Shown here: positions 1-11,622 of the stretch, one piece after another
Layout of the letters: every line of letters begins with the position of its first letter
How positions within the stretch are numbered: the first letter of the stretch is position 1
Source: Hyaloraphidium curvatum SAG 235-1
Taxonomy: Eukaryota; Fungi; Monoblepharomycota
Direction: 5' to 3'
Length of the DNA: 64,000 bases
Assembly: GCA_025558095.1 (NCBI GenBank)
Contig: JAIVFI010000002.1
Span: 1,251,086-1,315,085 of the forward strand
Made by a program: the position numbers and the translations under genes
Notes under the pieces: model-generated
The model's database searches: none
Seen by the model: the letters and a program-made list of their open reading frames with translations, nothing else
Told to the model about the DNA's origin: nothing

Positions 1-208
1 AGGCCGCCCGATTCCCCTCGCACATTCCGCCGGAAACCGTCGAAATCAGCTGATTCCTCGATGTGCGTACATCATCCCTGAGACCCCGGCGTCGCAATGT
101 GGTTGTCCGCGGATGCGGAGTGCTCAGGCGAGGTCCGTCAGCCCTGAGAGCCCCCTATCACTCGACGAGTTTCCGGGCCACGATTGGCCGCGCTAGAACG
201 CCAGAAAC

Positions 209-976
209 ATGCCGGGACGTCTCCAGGACAAAATTGCGTTCATCAGCGGCGGCGCATCGGGGTGCGGAGCTGCAGCCGCCCGGCTGTTCGCCGCGGAAGG
301 CGCGTCGGTTGGCATCCTGGACCACGAGGAAGCGTTGGGCTCGTCGCTGGCGCTTGAGCTGACGGCCGCCGGGTTCAGTACCGCCTTTGAGCGCGCGGAC
401 GTCTCGGTCGCGCGCGAGGTGGACGCGGCCGTCGCCGCCCTCGTCGAAAAGCTCGGACCGCCCGACGTCCTCTTCGCCCACGCCGGGACGATCGTCGTCA
501 AGCCGTTCCTGGAGACCTCCGAGGAGGACTTCGACCGCCTGTTCGGGATCAACGTCAAGGGCATCTTCCTCGTCACCAAGGCCGTCCTCCCGCACATGCT
601 GGCCCAGGGCAAGGGGAGCATCGTCTGCACCTCCTCCGTCTCGGCCGTGTACGCGACCCCGAACGAGGTGCTCTACTGTGCGACCAAGGGCGCCGTACAC
701 ACCTTCGCGCGGGCCATCGCGGTCGAGTACCGCGACAGGGGCATCAGGTGCAACGCCGTGTGCCCCGGATTCGTGGACACGCCGCACGGGCAGCGGGAGG
801 TGGCGGCGCTGAGCGGTTTGGGGGTTGATGTGTCCGAGGCGGCGATAACGGCGGCGCAGGGGAGGATGGGGAAGCCCGAGGACATCGCCAGGGCGGCCCT
901 TTACCTCGCCTCGGACGAGGCCAGCTTCGTGACGGGCGCGCACCTTTTCGTCGACGGCGGTTACAGTGCGGTCTGA
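209..976 (+). CDS. Short-chain dehydrogenase/reductase (classical SDR), intronless
   Basis: SGGASGCG nucleotide-binding motif, YCATK catalytic motif, NAVCPGFVDT, C-terminal FVTGAHLFVDGG. Confidence 0.92.
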   Translation: MPGRLQDKIAFISGGASGCGAAAARLFAAEGASVGILDHEEALGSSLALELTAAGFSTAFERADVSVAREVDAAVAALVEKLGPPDVLFAHAGTIVVKPFLETSEEDFDRLFGINVKGIFLVTKAVLPHMLAQGKGSIVCTSSVSAVYATPNEVLYCATKGAVHTFARAIAVEYRDRGIRCNAVCPGFVDTPHGQREVAALSGLGVDVSEAAITAAQGRMGKPEDIARAALYLASDEASFVTGAHLFVDGGYSAV

Positions 977-1054
977 CTCAGGATGTCTTCTTGTTGGGAA
1001 TGTCGATGATGTTCTAGTAAAGCTTCGGTCGAAATGCTAGTTGGAGATCGCTCC

Positions 1055-2562
1055 CTACTCGTCGCTCTCGTGCGAGCAGCCCATTTCCGGTTCCGTCTGC
1101 CTGCAGCTTTCCTTGTGCTTGGTCCAATCCGCCCTCTGGCATTCCTTGCTGCAAGGGTGCGACCAAAGATCATTGCACATCCCACCGAGTCGAAAACCCG
1201 AGGACGAACCTGCAGTACCTCGCCGTTCCACACCTCGAGCACCTCTTGGTGGCCTTGTTGCCCGTGCCACAGTCCGGAAGCGAGCAGATGGCTATGATGC
1301 GAGCGACCTTGGGCGTCCCGCAAGACTCGCAGATGCCGTGATCGAGCCCGCGGACGAAGTTGCGCCGCTCGGCGGCACCCTCTTGTCAGATGCTGAAACA
1401 CTCGGCATCGTCGCAGACGGCCGCGACGTCGAAGTCCAGCTCGGCGAAGCCCGGAAGGCCTTTCCGCGGAAGCAGGGTGTGGGCGTTGGAAACGGTGCGG
1501 GTCGCCGGAGCATCGCAAAGCATGTAGGGGAGACGCAGATCACGCAGCACGTAGTCGTCAATCGACTTGGATGCCTCAGACGTTGCTCTGGCGACAGCGA
1601 CGTTCTTCATCTTCTGCTTCCCCTGGCAGCCACGCAAAGCCGTGATCGGTACGGTGCCGTCGGGGAACTGGATTGCAGTGTCCATGATGCCCACGACATA
1701 GAGGCGAACGCTGTACGCAACGGTGGAAATCTTGGCGCTCGCAAGCAGAGCACTGGTGCTCCTTTCGTTGATCAATGTGTTCTGGAACACCGTGCGGCGG
1801 AAATCGGCATCCTCGGTGCACCGCGTGGTATCATTTCGACGTGCCGCAGCTCGGAAAGGATAAGAAGGATATGGCTTCCGGAAGATCGTAGTTGAATTGG
1901 TAACCTTTGGTCGTCCAATTGACCCAGGATCCGCCGACGCGTCCGATTCGCCTCCGGCAGCAGATGCACACCCTTTCGCGCGGCGGCAGGCTTTGTAGCG
2001 CCTCTTTTTCCATCTCGATGCCCAGGTCGCGTGCTTCTCGGCAATCTTCGAGTCGTGTGCGGTCAAACGAAGCCCGAGATCGGCATGCTCCCGTACCACA
2101 GCTCCTCATCCACGTCGTCGGATCCGCGCACTTTCAGCCGGTAGGCAAAGAGCAAGCTCTCAATCTTTGATTCGGCCAAGACGGTGCTCGGGGCTCTGGT
2201 CGAGTCGACCAGCAAGATTTCGAACAAGGAGCGGCGCAACTGGGCTTCCTCGTCGCACGCGTCGTCGAGGCAAGTAGGAACTGAAAAGTACGCGAGGGCG
2301 TGGGGCATATCCCGCGTGAATCGGTAGTTTGTCGTCCTCCAGTCCACGTAGCGCCGACCGTCGCGGCCGATCCGAGTGCGGCAGCCGACGCAGATCCGTT
2401 CGCGGGGCAGCAGCGACATGAGTGCCTCGTCTTTGAGCTCGCTGCCGACGACTCGCCACACATGCCGAAACCCTTTGCAGACGGGAGCAGCAAGGCCACC
2501 TTGGAGCAGTCATAACTGAAAACTGCGAAAGCTCTGCTGTTCTCACCTTCGTGTTCGTTCAA
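1055..2562 (-). pseudogene. Disrupted MYND zinc-finger protein with a tandemly repeated N-terminal Cys-containing domain
   Basis: C-terminal MYND (KECQRADWTKHKESC); two copies of EAL.SL.PRER.C..C..RIG; pieces lie in several frames with internal stops; paralogous to 4179-5620. Confidence 0.65.
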
Positions 2563-2771
2563 TAACGCATTACACCACTCTAGTCGTTGTCGTCCTACAC
2601 GTCGCAGTGAAGAGGCATGGCACCTTCCGGAACTCCAGATCTCAATACTAATGCTAGTGTCTCAATGATGTTTGGTATGTGCGTGAAGGTCAGTGCCCAG
2701 GGGCCCCAGCGGTGCTCCACGGCACTGTGAAGCCGCGCCTAGTCATCGGTCAAAGCACCACTTCGAAGACC

Positions 2772-4237
2772 ATGCCCCCGACAGTAAAGGCGCTCCGTGC
2801 TATCCTCGCCTTCGTCTTTGCGGTCCTCCTGCGGATTTTTCGCGTTCCGCTGATCCTTTGGCAGCTCCGTCCCGACGACTATGCAGCGGCCGGCACGTTG
2901 AGCATCCCGCTCCGGAAGGAGGCGCCGCGCCCCCCTGGACTCTTGAAGCCTTACGCGCTCACGTTCTGTTCTGTATCGATGGCAATGAAGTCTGGATCGT
3001 GGCGAAGTGCTGGGCCTGCGGTGCACCGCGCAGCGAGCTCGGGGCCGACGCTCGACTGAGGCGCTGCAAGTCGTGCGGCACGGCGGTGTACTGCGGCCCC
3101 GCGTGCCAGGAAGCTCATTGGGAGCAACACAAGCCCATCTGCTCCGCCCTGCTGCACCTCCGCGACTTCGTCTGGGCGGCACTGTGCGGCGCCCCCCGGA
3201 TCCGGATCGAGTACACCCACGGCCCGCTCTTCGCCTTACCGCACCGGAACTGCCAGACGGTGAAGATCGGCTTCGACGAGGTCAATGGCACCCTCGAGAT
3301 GCTGGTGCTCTCCCCGCAGCTGCCTGAGTCGCGGGAGCTGGGCCGCAGGATCTCCGCCAGGCTCGGAAGACCCTTGCCCGACGCCTACGCCGACGCGCTC
3401 AACACCCCTGTGCAGCTCACGCAGCGGGCTGGCCTCGTCATTTCGCAGAGCATCGTGCTGCAGGGGCCGCGCCTCGATCCGCACCACTTCACGCCGGCCA
3501 GCGCTGAGTCCGCGGACGCCCGCGCGGCGATGGCGCTGGCCGGCGATCTCGGGCTGCAATTCCTCCACGGCTACTCGCGCTGGCGTCCGGAACCAGGCCA
3601 CGCCGTGCTCGCACGCCCGGATCAGCGCACCTCCTCGCTGGCCGCGCTCAAGGGCTACAAGAAGAACGCACGGGCCTCAGACCTCAAAGCCGCGGACGTC
3701 CTCGCCCGGATCGTGATCGGCGACTCGCTCCACCGCATCCCGCAGCCGGCCCCCATGCACGTCCTTCCGGGCGCCCTCCTGCACACCCCGCGCGGAAGCG
3801 TGACCGGATCGAAGGAGCAGCAGGGCGTGATCGGGCTGCAACAGCACGTCGCGATCGATGCCGGCCACCCGGGGCCCTTCTTTGCGCTGCCCGGCGACGA
3901 GCTGGTCACTTTCCTCTTCTGCGCGTGCCCCACTGGATCTCCGGCCTTGGGGTTGTCGGCGGGGGGGAGACCGGCAGTGATCGACATCAACACGGCGACG
4001 GGCGGGTTCCGCATGCTGACCAAGACCGGGTGGACGTTCGGGGCGATCGGCAAGAAGGCCATACGCGGGTTCGTCAAGGTCGAAGGCCCAAGGTGCCCCG
4101 AATGCGAGGCGGCGAACCCGGTGGGACCGCGTGGGTGGACGTGGGAGAAGCGGCCGCTGTTCGAGGAGCGCCTCAGCCTTAACGGATCGCGGATGTGCGG
4201 AGCGCACGGCAGGCGCGACGAGAGCGGCAAAAGCTGA
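2772..4237 (+). pseudogene. MYND zinc-finger protein frameshifted by a 5-bp tandem duplication
   Basis: CWACG...RRCKSCGTAVYCGPACQEAHWEQHKPIC; removing one TTCTG at 2964-2973 joins the ATG at 2772 to the MYND frame. Confidence 0.65.
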
Positions 4238-5620
4238 GGCGCAGAAAGAGGTGGTACGACAGCTCTCCTTTTGCGATTGAGCTCAGGGGATAGATTTGTT
4301 CTTTCTTGGGAGATTGAACGACAATCTCTAGCATCCAACGCATATATCTACTGTAGTCCTCGGAATCGTCCTCGTGACCGCAGCACTGCAACCCTGCCTC
4401 CACCTTCGGGGTGCGTCGTTCCGCGGGGCGACAAGCCGCCTTGTGCGTCTTCCAGTCGGCCTGTTGGCACTCTTTGGTGGATGTGGCGTCAGGAAGGAGT
4501 CGCAGTGTGCACCGGATGGACCCACCTGCAATACCTCGCGACCTTGCACCTCGAGCACATCTTCGCCGCGTTTTCACCTGACTTGCAATCGACGAAGGAG
4601 CAGATCGCGATGATTTTCCAGTGGTTGTGCTTTCCGCAGCACTCGCACACGGTTGCTTTGCGGTTCCGCTCGCGACTCCGTGCCGCAGCAGCCCCCTTCA
4701 GCGCGGTGTCGAAGCACTGGCCGCCGGAGCAAACCACCGTGACGTCGAAGATGAGTCCGACGAAGACCGGGAGCGAATCCGCGGGGCGGACCGTCGAAGC
4801 ATTGCAGACCGTGCGCGTGGCAGTCAGCGGACATGAGGCGCAACACAGGCGAAGCTCCCCCATGACATGATCGTCGACCGCGCCCCGAGCAACAGAGCGC
4901 GCCTTTGTGATTGCAAAGTCCCGGAGGACCTTTGGGTCAAGGGGAAAACCACGGAAAGCGGAGATCGGAACAGCACCGCACTGCACGCCCCCGGGATTGG
5001 ATTGCGCTCCGCCCAAAATCGCTTGGTAGGAGGCGACGCTTTCGATCTTCGCAGTGGCAAGAACGTCTCTCGTGCAGCGCGAATGTTGGACCACCAGCTT
5101 TTCGATCACGAAGCAGCGGAACTCGGCTTCCCGGACGCAAGCGTCGTCGACGCAGCTCGGGAACGAGAAGAACGCCAAGACTCGGGCAGGTCGCCGAAGA
5201 AGCGGTATGACTCCGTGAGCCATGGCCCCGACCGCCTGCCGTCGGCCCCGATCCGCCTGTGGCAGCACATGCACACGCGTTCGGCCGGCGGCAGCTTCCT
5301 CAGGGCCTCGTCTTCCAGCTCCAGGTACGTCCTTCTCGCCTTTGTGTCCCGCTCGAGGGTGTCCGGATCGGCCTTGACCGCGTGCTCTCCCGGGTGAAAA
5401 GCACTCGCCGGAAGCAGGGTGTTCCGCACCGCCGACACGAACGCGTCGCGCGTGATGCTGGCGACGTAGGATATCAGTCGCATGGCGTCGGTCCGGAGCG
5501 CCGGTTGGTTCGGCCCGTCCGTTCTGCGAACGAAAAGCCGTTGCCCGCAGCGAGCAGCAACTTCAGCGCCTCCTCATCATCCGGTGAACTCGAACATCGG
5601 ACCTCAAACAAGCGACAAAT
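4179..5620 (-). pseudogene. MYND zinc-finger protein, paralog of 1055-2562, with a frameshift near 5180
   Basis: CSRCKVARYC/intron/KECQQADWKTHKAAC; DLPE...LAFFSFPSC changes frame relative to the paralog's DLPEAISFLSFPSC; 5' boundary uncertain. Confidence 0.6.
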
Positions 5621-5703
5621 GGAGCTACATCTTCGGTAACGGAAGTAAAACACAGGACCGCACAAGATCCGCCACCTCCTGTCCGCAGACCATGGGGACG
5701 CCT

Positions 5704-6179
5704 TCACTCGTGCTCGGCGTGGCTCGACACCCCCCACGACATCCTCCTCGACATCACCACGTTCTCCTCCTCCTTCTTCTTCCTGGCCGCCTGCTCCATC
5801 GCCGCGTGCTCGTGGTCCGCGAGCCCCGAGACGCCCCAGCTCATGCTTTGGGAGGCGTCAGCCTTTTCACAAGACGCGGACACGCGCGGGGGCCCACCGG
5901 CGCGAGGTCTGGACGTGCTCCGATTCGCCCTTGGGGGAAGCAGAGTACAGGGAAGCCTCGGGGATGATGCGTTAGCCGATGGCGCTCAGCGCCGCGGAGG
6001 CCTGGGATGACGTGTCAGTGTCGTCAGCGGTCCGCCGCACCGTACGAGGCCGTCGAAGGGGCCAAACTCACGGCATCGACCGCCCGCTGGGCAAAGGACG
6101 GCCTGCGCTCGGCAAGGGCCGGCCCGGGGTCGGTGGTCGGCGCGGGGGTGGAAGGGGGCGTGCGCGGGACGTCGGCCAT
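5704..6179 (-). CDS. Small spliced hydrophilic protein with repeated RRxS motifs (SRRMSWGVS twice)
   Basis: ATG 6179, GTGAGT donor, second intron GTGGGC...CTGAC...AAAG, last exon MSWGVSGLADHEH...SRRMSWGVSSHAEHE*; acceptor of intron 1 is ambiguous. Confidence 0.5.
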
Positions 6180-6361
6180 GGCGCGGGCGCGGCGGAGGCG
6201 GCGGCGGTAGAGTTCGGAGAGGGCGCTGCGGCGGAACGTCGGGGTTCCGGGTCGGCCGGGTTCGGTGGGGAAGTCGATTGTGCTTCGGAGCTCAGTCACC
6301 TCGCGCTGATCGAAGCTTGTGACACCCGTTCGCGACCACATCTGCTGATCAAACTCGTACC

Positions 6362-6991
6362 TCATCCAGCCCTCCGGAAAACCGTCCTGCTCGTGTAGTC
6401 CTTCTCCGGGCCTAGCACCGTCCACTCGACAAAGTAAGTATCCGATGACCAGACCTCGTAGCGTCCGTCGTACATGTCGTCGACGCAGGGATGTCTGATG
6501 TCCTCGCGCCCGTCCGAAACGACGTTGGGAGAGGCGGGCGGGCCGAGGGTGTGGAACGGCGAGAGGTAGGAGAAGTAGACGGCCGCTGAATCTGGCTCCC
6601 CCTGATTGCTACGGCGGAAGAAGAAGCGGTACGTCTGGCGAACTTCCAGCGGTCCCCTCGACCCCGGCAGTTCCATCGCTCCCTGTTCCACATACTGCCT
6701 GACGATCTCTCCCGGCCCGGCGCCAACCAGCTCGCCCGATTTCGAGTCGGCAAAGGATTCCGACGGGATGAAGGAGGCGGTGCCGCGCACCGTGCTGCGC
6801 TCCGGGGATCCGGCAGGGCGCCTGAAGCGGTCCACGATGGTGCGGTCGAAGCGCCAGGTGCCCGAAAAGTAGTCCTCAAGGGAGTGTATCGGGTAGAACT
6901 CCGCAGGTCGGGATGCGTCAATGTCCACCGGGCCGGTTCCGGTGAGTTTCGTTGGCGGACCGGCAACTCCGTCCCGCAAAATGGCCGACAT
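6362..6991 (-). CDS. DUF6314-like protein
   Basis: YFSGTWRFDRTIVD...GTASF...YVEQG...RQTYRF...FHTL...HPCVDDMYDGRY...WTVLGPEKDYTSRTVFRR pattern. Confidence 0.7.
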   Translation of the reverse strand: MSAILRDGVAGPPTKLTGTGPVDIDASRPAEFYPIHSLEDYFSGTWRFDRTIVDRFRRPAGSPERSTVRGTASFIPSESFADSKSGELVGAGPGEIVRQYVEQGAMELPGSRGPLEVRQTYRFFFRRSNQGEPDSAAVYFSYLSPFHTLGPPASPNVVSDGREDIRHPCVDDMYDGRYEVWSSDTYFVEWTVLGPEKDYTSRTVFRRAG

Positions 6992-7312
6992 CGCAGCGAA
7001 TCGCAAGGAACCGAAGCGCAAACGCTTGTTCCGCGGGTCAGATTCCGGGAGAGAGACGACCGCCACGCGAGCGCGTCTTCCAAGCAACAGTGCACGCCCA
7101 GACGAGCAGCAGAGGCGGCGACAAAGTCCCACAGCTCCCATTCAAGACCTAAACGGGCCGGGAGCACCGAAACGGCGCTCAGTGATCCCCAAGAGGTGTC
7201 GGGGCTGGGTTAGCTGTTTTGCGTAGGATCGGATCGGCTTAGAAGCCAAGTGCCGGAGATTCAGCACCAGTCGATCCGGCCGCGCAAGTCACCAACAACT
7301 CTCTCCACGGCC

Positions 7313-8889
7313 ATGGAAAAGGCCATGGAGGGCGGCGCACTGCCGCCATACGATGCCACGCCGCCGCTCGAGGCGCGCGTGGCGGCTCTCCAAGCGCAGG
7401 TGGACGCCCTGCAGGCGGAGCGGGACCGCTTCGTCGCCAAGCGGCAAGCGGTCCGCCGCTTCTGCCGCGGCGTCTTCTTCGTGCTCCTCATGTGGTTCTT
7501 CGTGTTCCCCGCGATCGGTGAGCATTCTGCGCCGGGCAGAGCGGGGCAGGGCGGGGTTCGGGCCAAGGGGCAGGCCCGCCGACTCGACCCAGCAGGAGGG
7601 TCCTCCGGAGATTGCAGTCTTCTCACACCTTTTGGCCCTTCAGGTCGCGCTCTTGTGTGGTTCGAACTCGGTGGTGACTACGTGGTGCCGTTCGACGATG
7701 CGATTGCCTTCGAGGACGTGGCCGTCGACGAGACCACGTCGGTCGCCGTGCCGGCCATTGCGGTAGGCGACCAGTGCGTCGACGCGCCCATGACCGGCGA
7801 CGACGATGCTGCGGTTGATGCTGAGGACATGGACCGCGAGGTGGGTTGCTCAGGTGGATCGAGAGACTGACTTGAAACTGACTCCGACTGCAGTTCTCCA
7901 TCCTGCCCGTGTTCGGTGCTTCTGAGGAGAAGAAGCGGTCGTTCCCCATCCACGGCGCCCCCGAGGAGGACAGGCGTCCGTGGCACCACGGCCGCCACCG
8001 CTGGATGATGCACGCCATGAAGAAGAAGCATGGCGACAAGCCCGGCGGACCCGGGTATCCCGGTTACCCCGGCGGTCCCGGCGGGCCCTACCCCGGCCCT
8101 CCCGGTGACGGCCAGCCCGGCGGCGGTCCTCCCGGCGGCAAGATCCCCAAGAACCCCAAGGGCCCGCCAAAGCACGTCCCCGGCGTGCCCGACAAGCCCA
8201 ACAAGCCCCCGAAGGTCCCTCCGTGAGTTTGCATTCGAGCTCGCAGCCCGCCCAATTCCGATCTGACAGATCCCGGCACCATCAGGTACCCTGGCCAGCC
8301 CCAGCCCGGCAAGCCCGACCACGGCAAGAAGCCCGGCCTGCGCCTGCAGGGCATGGTCCCCGAGGTGCCGTACGAGGTGCTCGTGGACGGCGACGGCTTC
8401 GAGATCCGCAAGTACACCAACCTCACCCTCGCCTGGACCTCGGCTCCGGGCGGCTCCGTGAGCAAGGCGCCCAACGGCGGCTTCGGCCTGCTGTACGGGT
8501 ACATCTCGGGCAAGAACAAGGACGCCGAGACGGGCCAGTGCTTGAAGATCCCCATGACCGCGCCTGTGTTCACGCAGGAGGACGGCGACACCCCCGGCAA
8601 CATCGTCATGGCCTTCGCCATGCCCGCCCGCCTCGCGCGCACCCCCGAGCCCACCGACGACAAGGTCAGCATCCGCGTGATCCCCGAATGGACCGTGGCG
8701 GCCAAGCGCGTGCGTGGCTGGGTCGGCGACGAGCAGGTCGGCAAGGCCGCCGAGGAACTCAGGGCCGCGGTGGGGGAGGGGTGGAAGGCTTACGAGGGGG
8801 CCAAGACGGTGCTGGGGAGGTTCGACCCGCCGTGGATCCCCGGGTTTATGCAGCGCAACGAGGTCTACGTGCCCGTGCACAAGGCGTGA
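7313..8889 (+). CDS. Membrane-anchored SOUL heme-binding-domain protein with a Pro/Gly-rich linker (spliced)
   Basis: N-terminal TM (GVFFVLLMWFFVFP), PGYPG repeats, SOUL domain (PYEVL...FEIRKY...GFGLLYGYISGKN...IPMTAPV...FDPPWIPGFMQRNEV). Confidence 0.8.
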
Positions 8890-9325
8890 AGGAGCGCGGG
8901 GGGCATTCCATCTCGTGTATTGCATTTGAAAGTCGATCGAATATAGCCTTCGCGCCAGGCGGGCGGCGCCCCGGTGGGCGGAGAGATCGAGCACCAGAGA
9001 CACGATTGCTTCGTTATTAGGTGATCGGGAGTGCGAGCTGACGTGGGCAGAATCTGACTGTGATTTGGGTGGAGGTTCGACACCGCGGTCCTTTCACCAC
9101 CATTTGCCAGACCTTGAGGCAAGTAGCAATCCTGTCCTTGGCGCGCTGTTCAAAGACAGCGCCGGAAGTAGACAAGACGATTGTTGATCTGAGGTGGAGA
9201 GGTGGACGCGCGGAAAAGAGGAGGCGCGTGATCGAAGGTCGAGTCACCCGAAACCGGCATTCACAGCTGGCCCGCCGTTCCCGCAGAAGTACTCTTTCGG
9301 GCCACCGAGGCAGCGGCAAATCAAC

Positions 9326-10295
9326 ATGCCGTCGCGCCCGTTGTTCGACGTCGACACGAGGTCGACGCGCTTCCGCCTTGTCGCGATATGCCTCTTCCTC
9401 GACATCGGTGCGACCCCGCCAAACCCCAAGCACCCTTCCCGCGCTGACTCCGCTTCACTCCTCGGACCACCGTTCGCCAGCGTTCCTCGTGCTCATGGCC
9501 GTCGCGGGAGCTGGCCCGTACCCGAACTCGTCGCTCTACTGGGGCGTCTACACGGCCGCACGCGTCCCGCCGCAGCCGGGCCTGGTCGACTTCAAGACGG
9601 GCATGTGGGGCTACCAAAGCTCTGGACAGGCCGTCATCGGTTCGTTTTCGCGGTCGTTCCCGCCCTGAGGGCCGGCTGACCCGTCATGTCCTGCTACAGT
9701 TTGGAACAACTGGTCAGGACGCGGTGCACACGTCCCGGAGATAGTGAAACTCGGCTGATCTCGGCTGATCTTCGCTCTTTTAGGTGGTATTCGACCTTCT
9801 TCGTGTCGATCTACGGATCCTCCCTCTTCTACGCCATCGCCACGCTCCAGGTCATCTCCGGGACGGTCCTCTTCTTTGGCGTCTTGACGCTGGCCTTCCT
9901 GCTTCCTGAACCCGTTCCCCATGCTGGCGACGAGCGTCTTTGCCTCAATTCTCTACATTCCGGTACGTTCAACTTCGATCTGTGCTGTCACCGTCCTTGA
10001 CAGGTCTCGGCCGGCGCAGACGTTCTCCATGATGGCTTGGCTCAATCACGACGTCGGAAACAAGATCGGCCGCTACGAGTCATACGCAAACGGTCCCGGG
10101 CTCGGCTGCGGTGCGGCTGCCCTCGCCCTTTGCCTCATTTCCACGGGGATCAAGTTCATTGCCGTCCGCAACGAGCTGAAGACCGGTGGGGTGACAGGCG
10201 AGACGATGGCGCTCGAGAGGGGGCAGGTCATCAAGGAGGAACGGGAGCAAGCGGCGCCGCAGCAGATGTATGCTGCGCTGGCGACGTCGTCGTGA
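9326..10295 (+). pseudogene. Multi-pass (SUR7/claudin-like) membrane protein, tandem copy 1, frameshifted by a 7-bp duplication
   Basis: Same exon structure as 10469-11399; CTTCCTG duplicated at 9895-9908 where the paralog reads LAFLNPFPM. Confidence 0.65.
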
Positions 10296-10468
10296 TCGCA
10301 GGCCAGGGGGTTCCTGTACATCATTCGGTATTCAACTTGACATGGTGACTCTTTGGCGGCTCGTGTGGACAAGGAGCGGCAAATCACGTGCAAGCCAGAC
10401 GACTCACACAACACTTCATTTGAAAAGCTCCGAACGAAAGCACTCTAGCCCTCTCGAAGCAGAAATCG

Positions 10469-11399
10469 ATGGCGCAGCCCGCTTGGATTGCCATGGACAC
10501 GAAGTCGACGCGCTTCCGGCTCGTCGCGCTCTGCCTGTTGCTCGACATCTGTGCGCGTTTCGCCGGCCCGGGCACCGGCTCCGCGGCGACTCACCTCCTC
10601 GAACCGCAGCGTTCCTCATCCTCATGGCCATCGCCGGCGCTGGGCCCGTGCCCAACACCTCACTGTACTGGGGCCAGTACACAGGGGCGCGTGTTCCCCC
10701 GCAGCCGGGCGTGGTCGACCTGAAGACGGGCATGTGGAGCTACCAGACCGTGGGGCAGAACGTCATTGGTGCGTGGCCTTCTCCGCTTGTTTCTACGACG
10801 CCGGCTTACAGGGGAACACGCCTTCTGCAGTCCAGAACAACTGGTCAGGCTTCCGTGCTGGCGCTTCGGCGAGACCGGAGACTGATTCTCGGTTAAAACA
10901 GGTGGTACTCGCCCTTCTTCGTCGCCAACTACGGCACCTCGCTCTTCTACGCCATCGTCAGCCTCCAGGTCATCGCCGGGACCACTCTCTTCTTTGGTGC
11001 GCTCACCCTGGCGTTCCTGAACCCCTTTCCGATGCTGGCCACCGGCGTCTTTGCGACCGTCATCTACATCCCGGTATGCTGATCGAATGGCATGCGTTTT
11101 TCTCGTACCTGACCCTTGAATCGCCCCAGACCTTCTCGATGATGGCGTGGCTCAACAATGATCTCGGCAACAAGGTCGGTCCCTACGAGTCCTTCACCGC
11201 CGGCCCCGGGCTCGGCTGCGGCGCCGCCGCCCTCGCACTGTGCCTCATCTCGACGGGGATCAAGCTCGTCGCGGCCCGCAAGGCCAGCAGCGCCATTTCG
11301 GGGGAGGCCCTGGCACTTGAGCGTGCAGAGGAGCAGGAGGCCAAGCCGGAAGGGTTCGAGGTGGCCCAGCAGCAGCAAATGTACCCTGCCTCGTCGTGA
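10469..11399 (+). CDS. Multi-pass (SUR7/claudin-like) membrane protein, tandem copy 2
   Basis: Five exons including a 13-nt microexon; four hydrophobic segments; TGMW and GPGLG motifs; family call is tentative. Confidence 0.7.
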
Positions 11400-11622
11400 A
11401 GGCGATACCTCAGATTGCAGAAGATGCCTCTATCACCCTTCGGCAATTGAATATTTATAAGAATTTCCTTCAGGCTTTAGGCTGGACGCCCTTATCCACG
11501 AATCCGCTTACTGATGAAGCCCACTGCTTGCTCCGCCGGGGTGAACGCTGATGCACGCTGACCGATCGACGTCAGGGAGCTGCAGCCGGCGCTGCTGCAC
11601 GGCGGAACAAATCAACTGCAAC

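Noticed and set aside
209-976. Bacterial contamination of the contig
   Set aside because: The bacterial-like genes are interleaved with intron-containing eukaryotic genes of similar composition, and the contig ends in a telomere.
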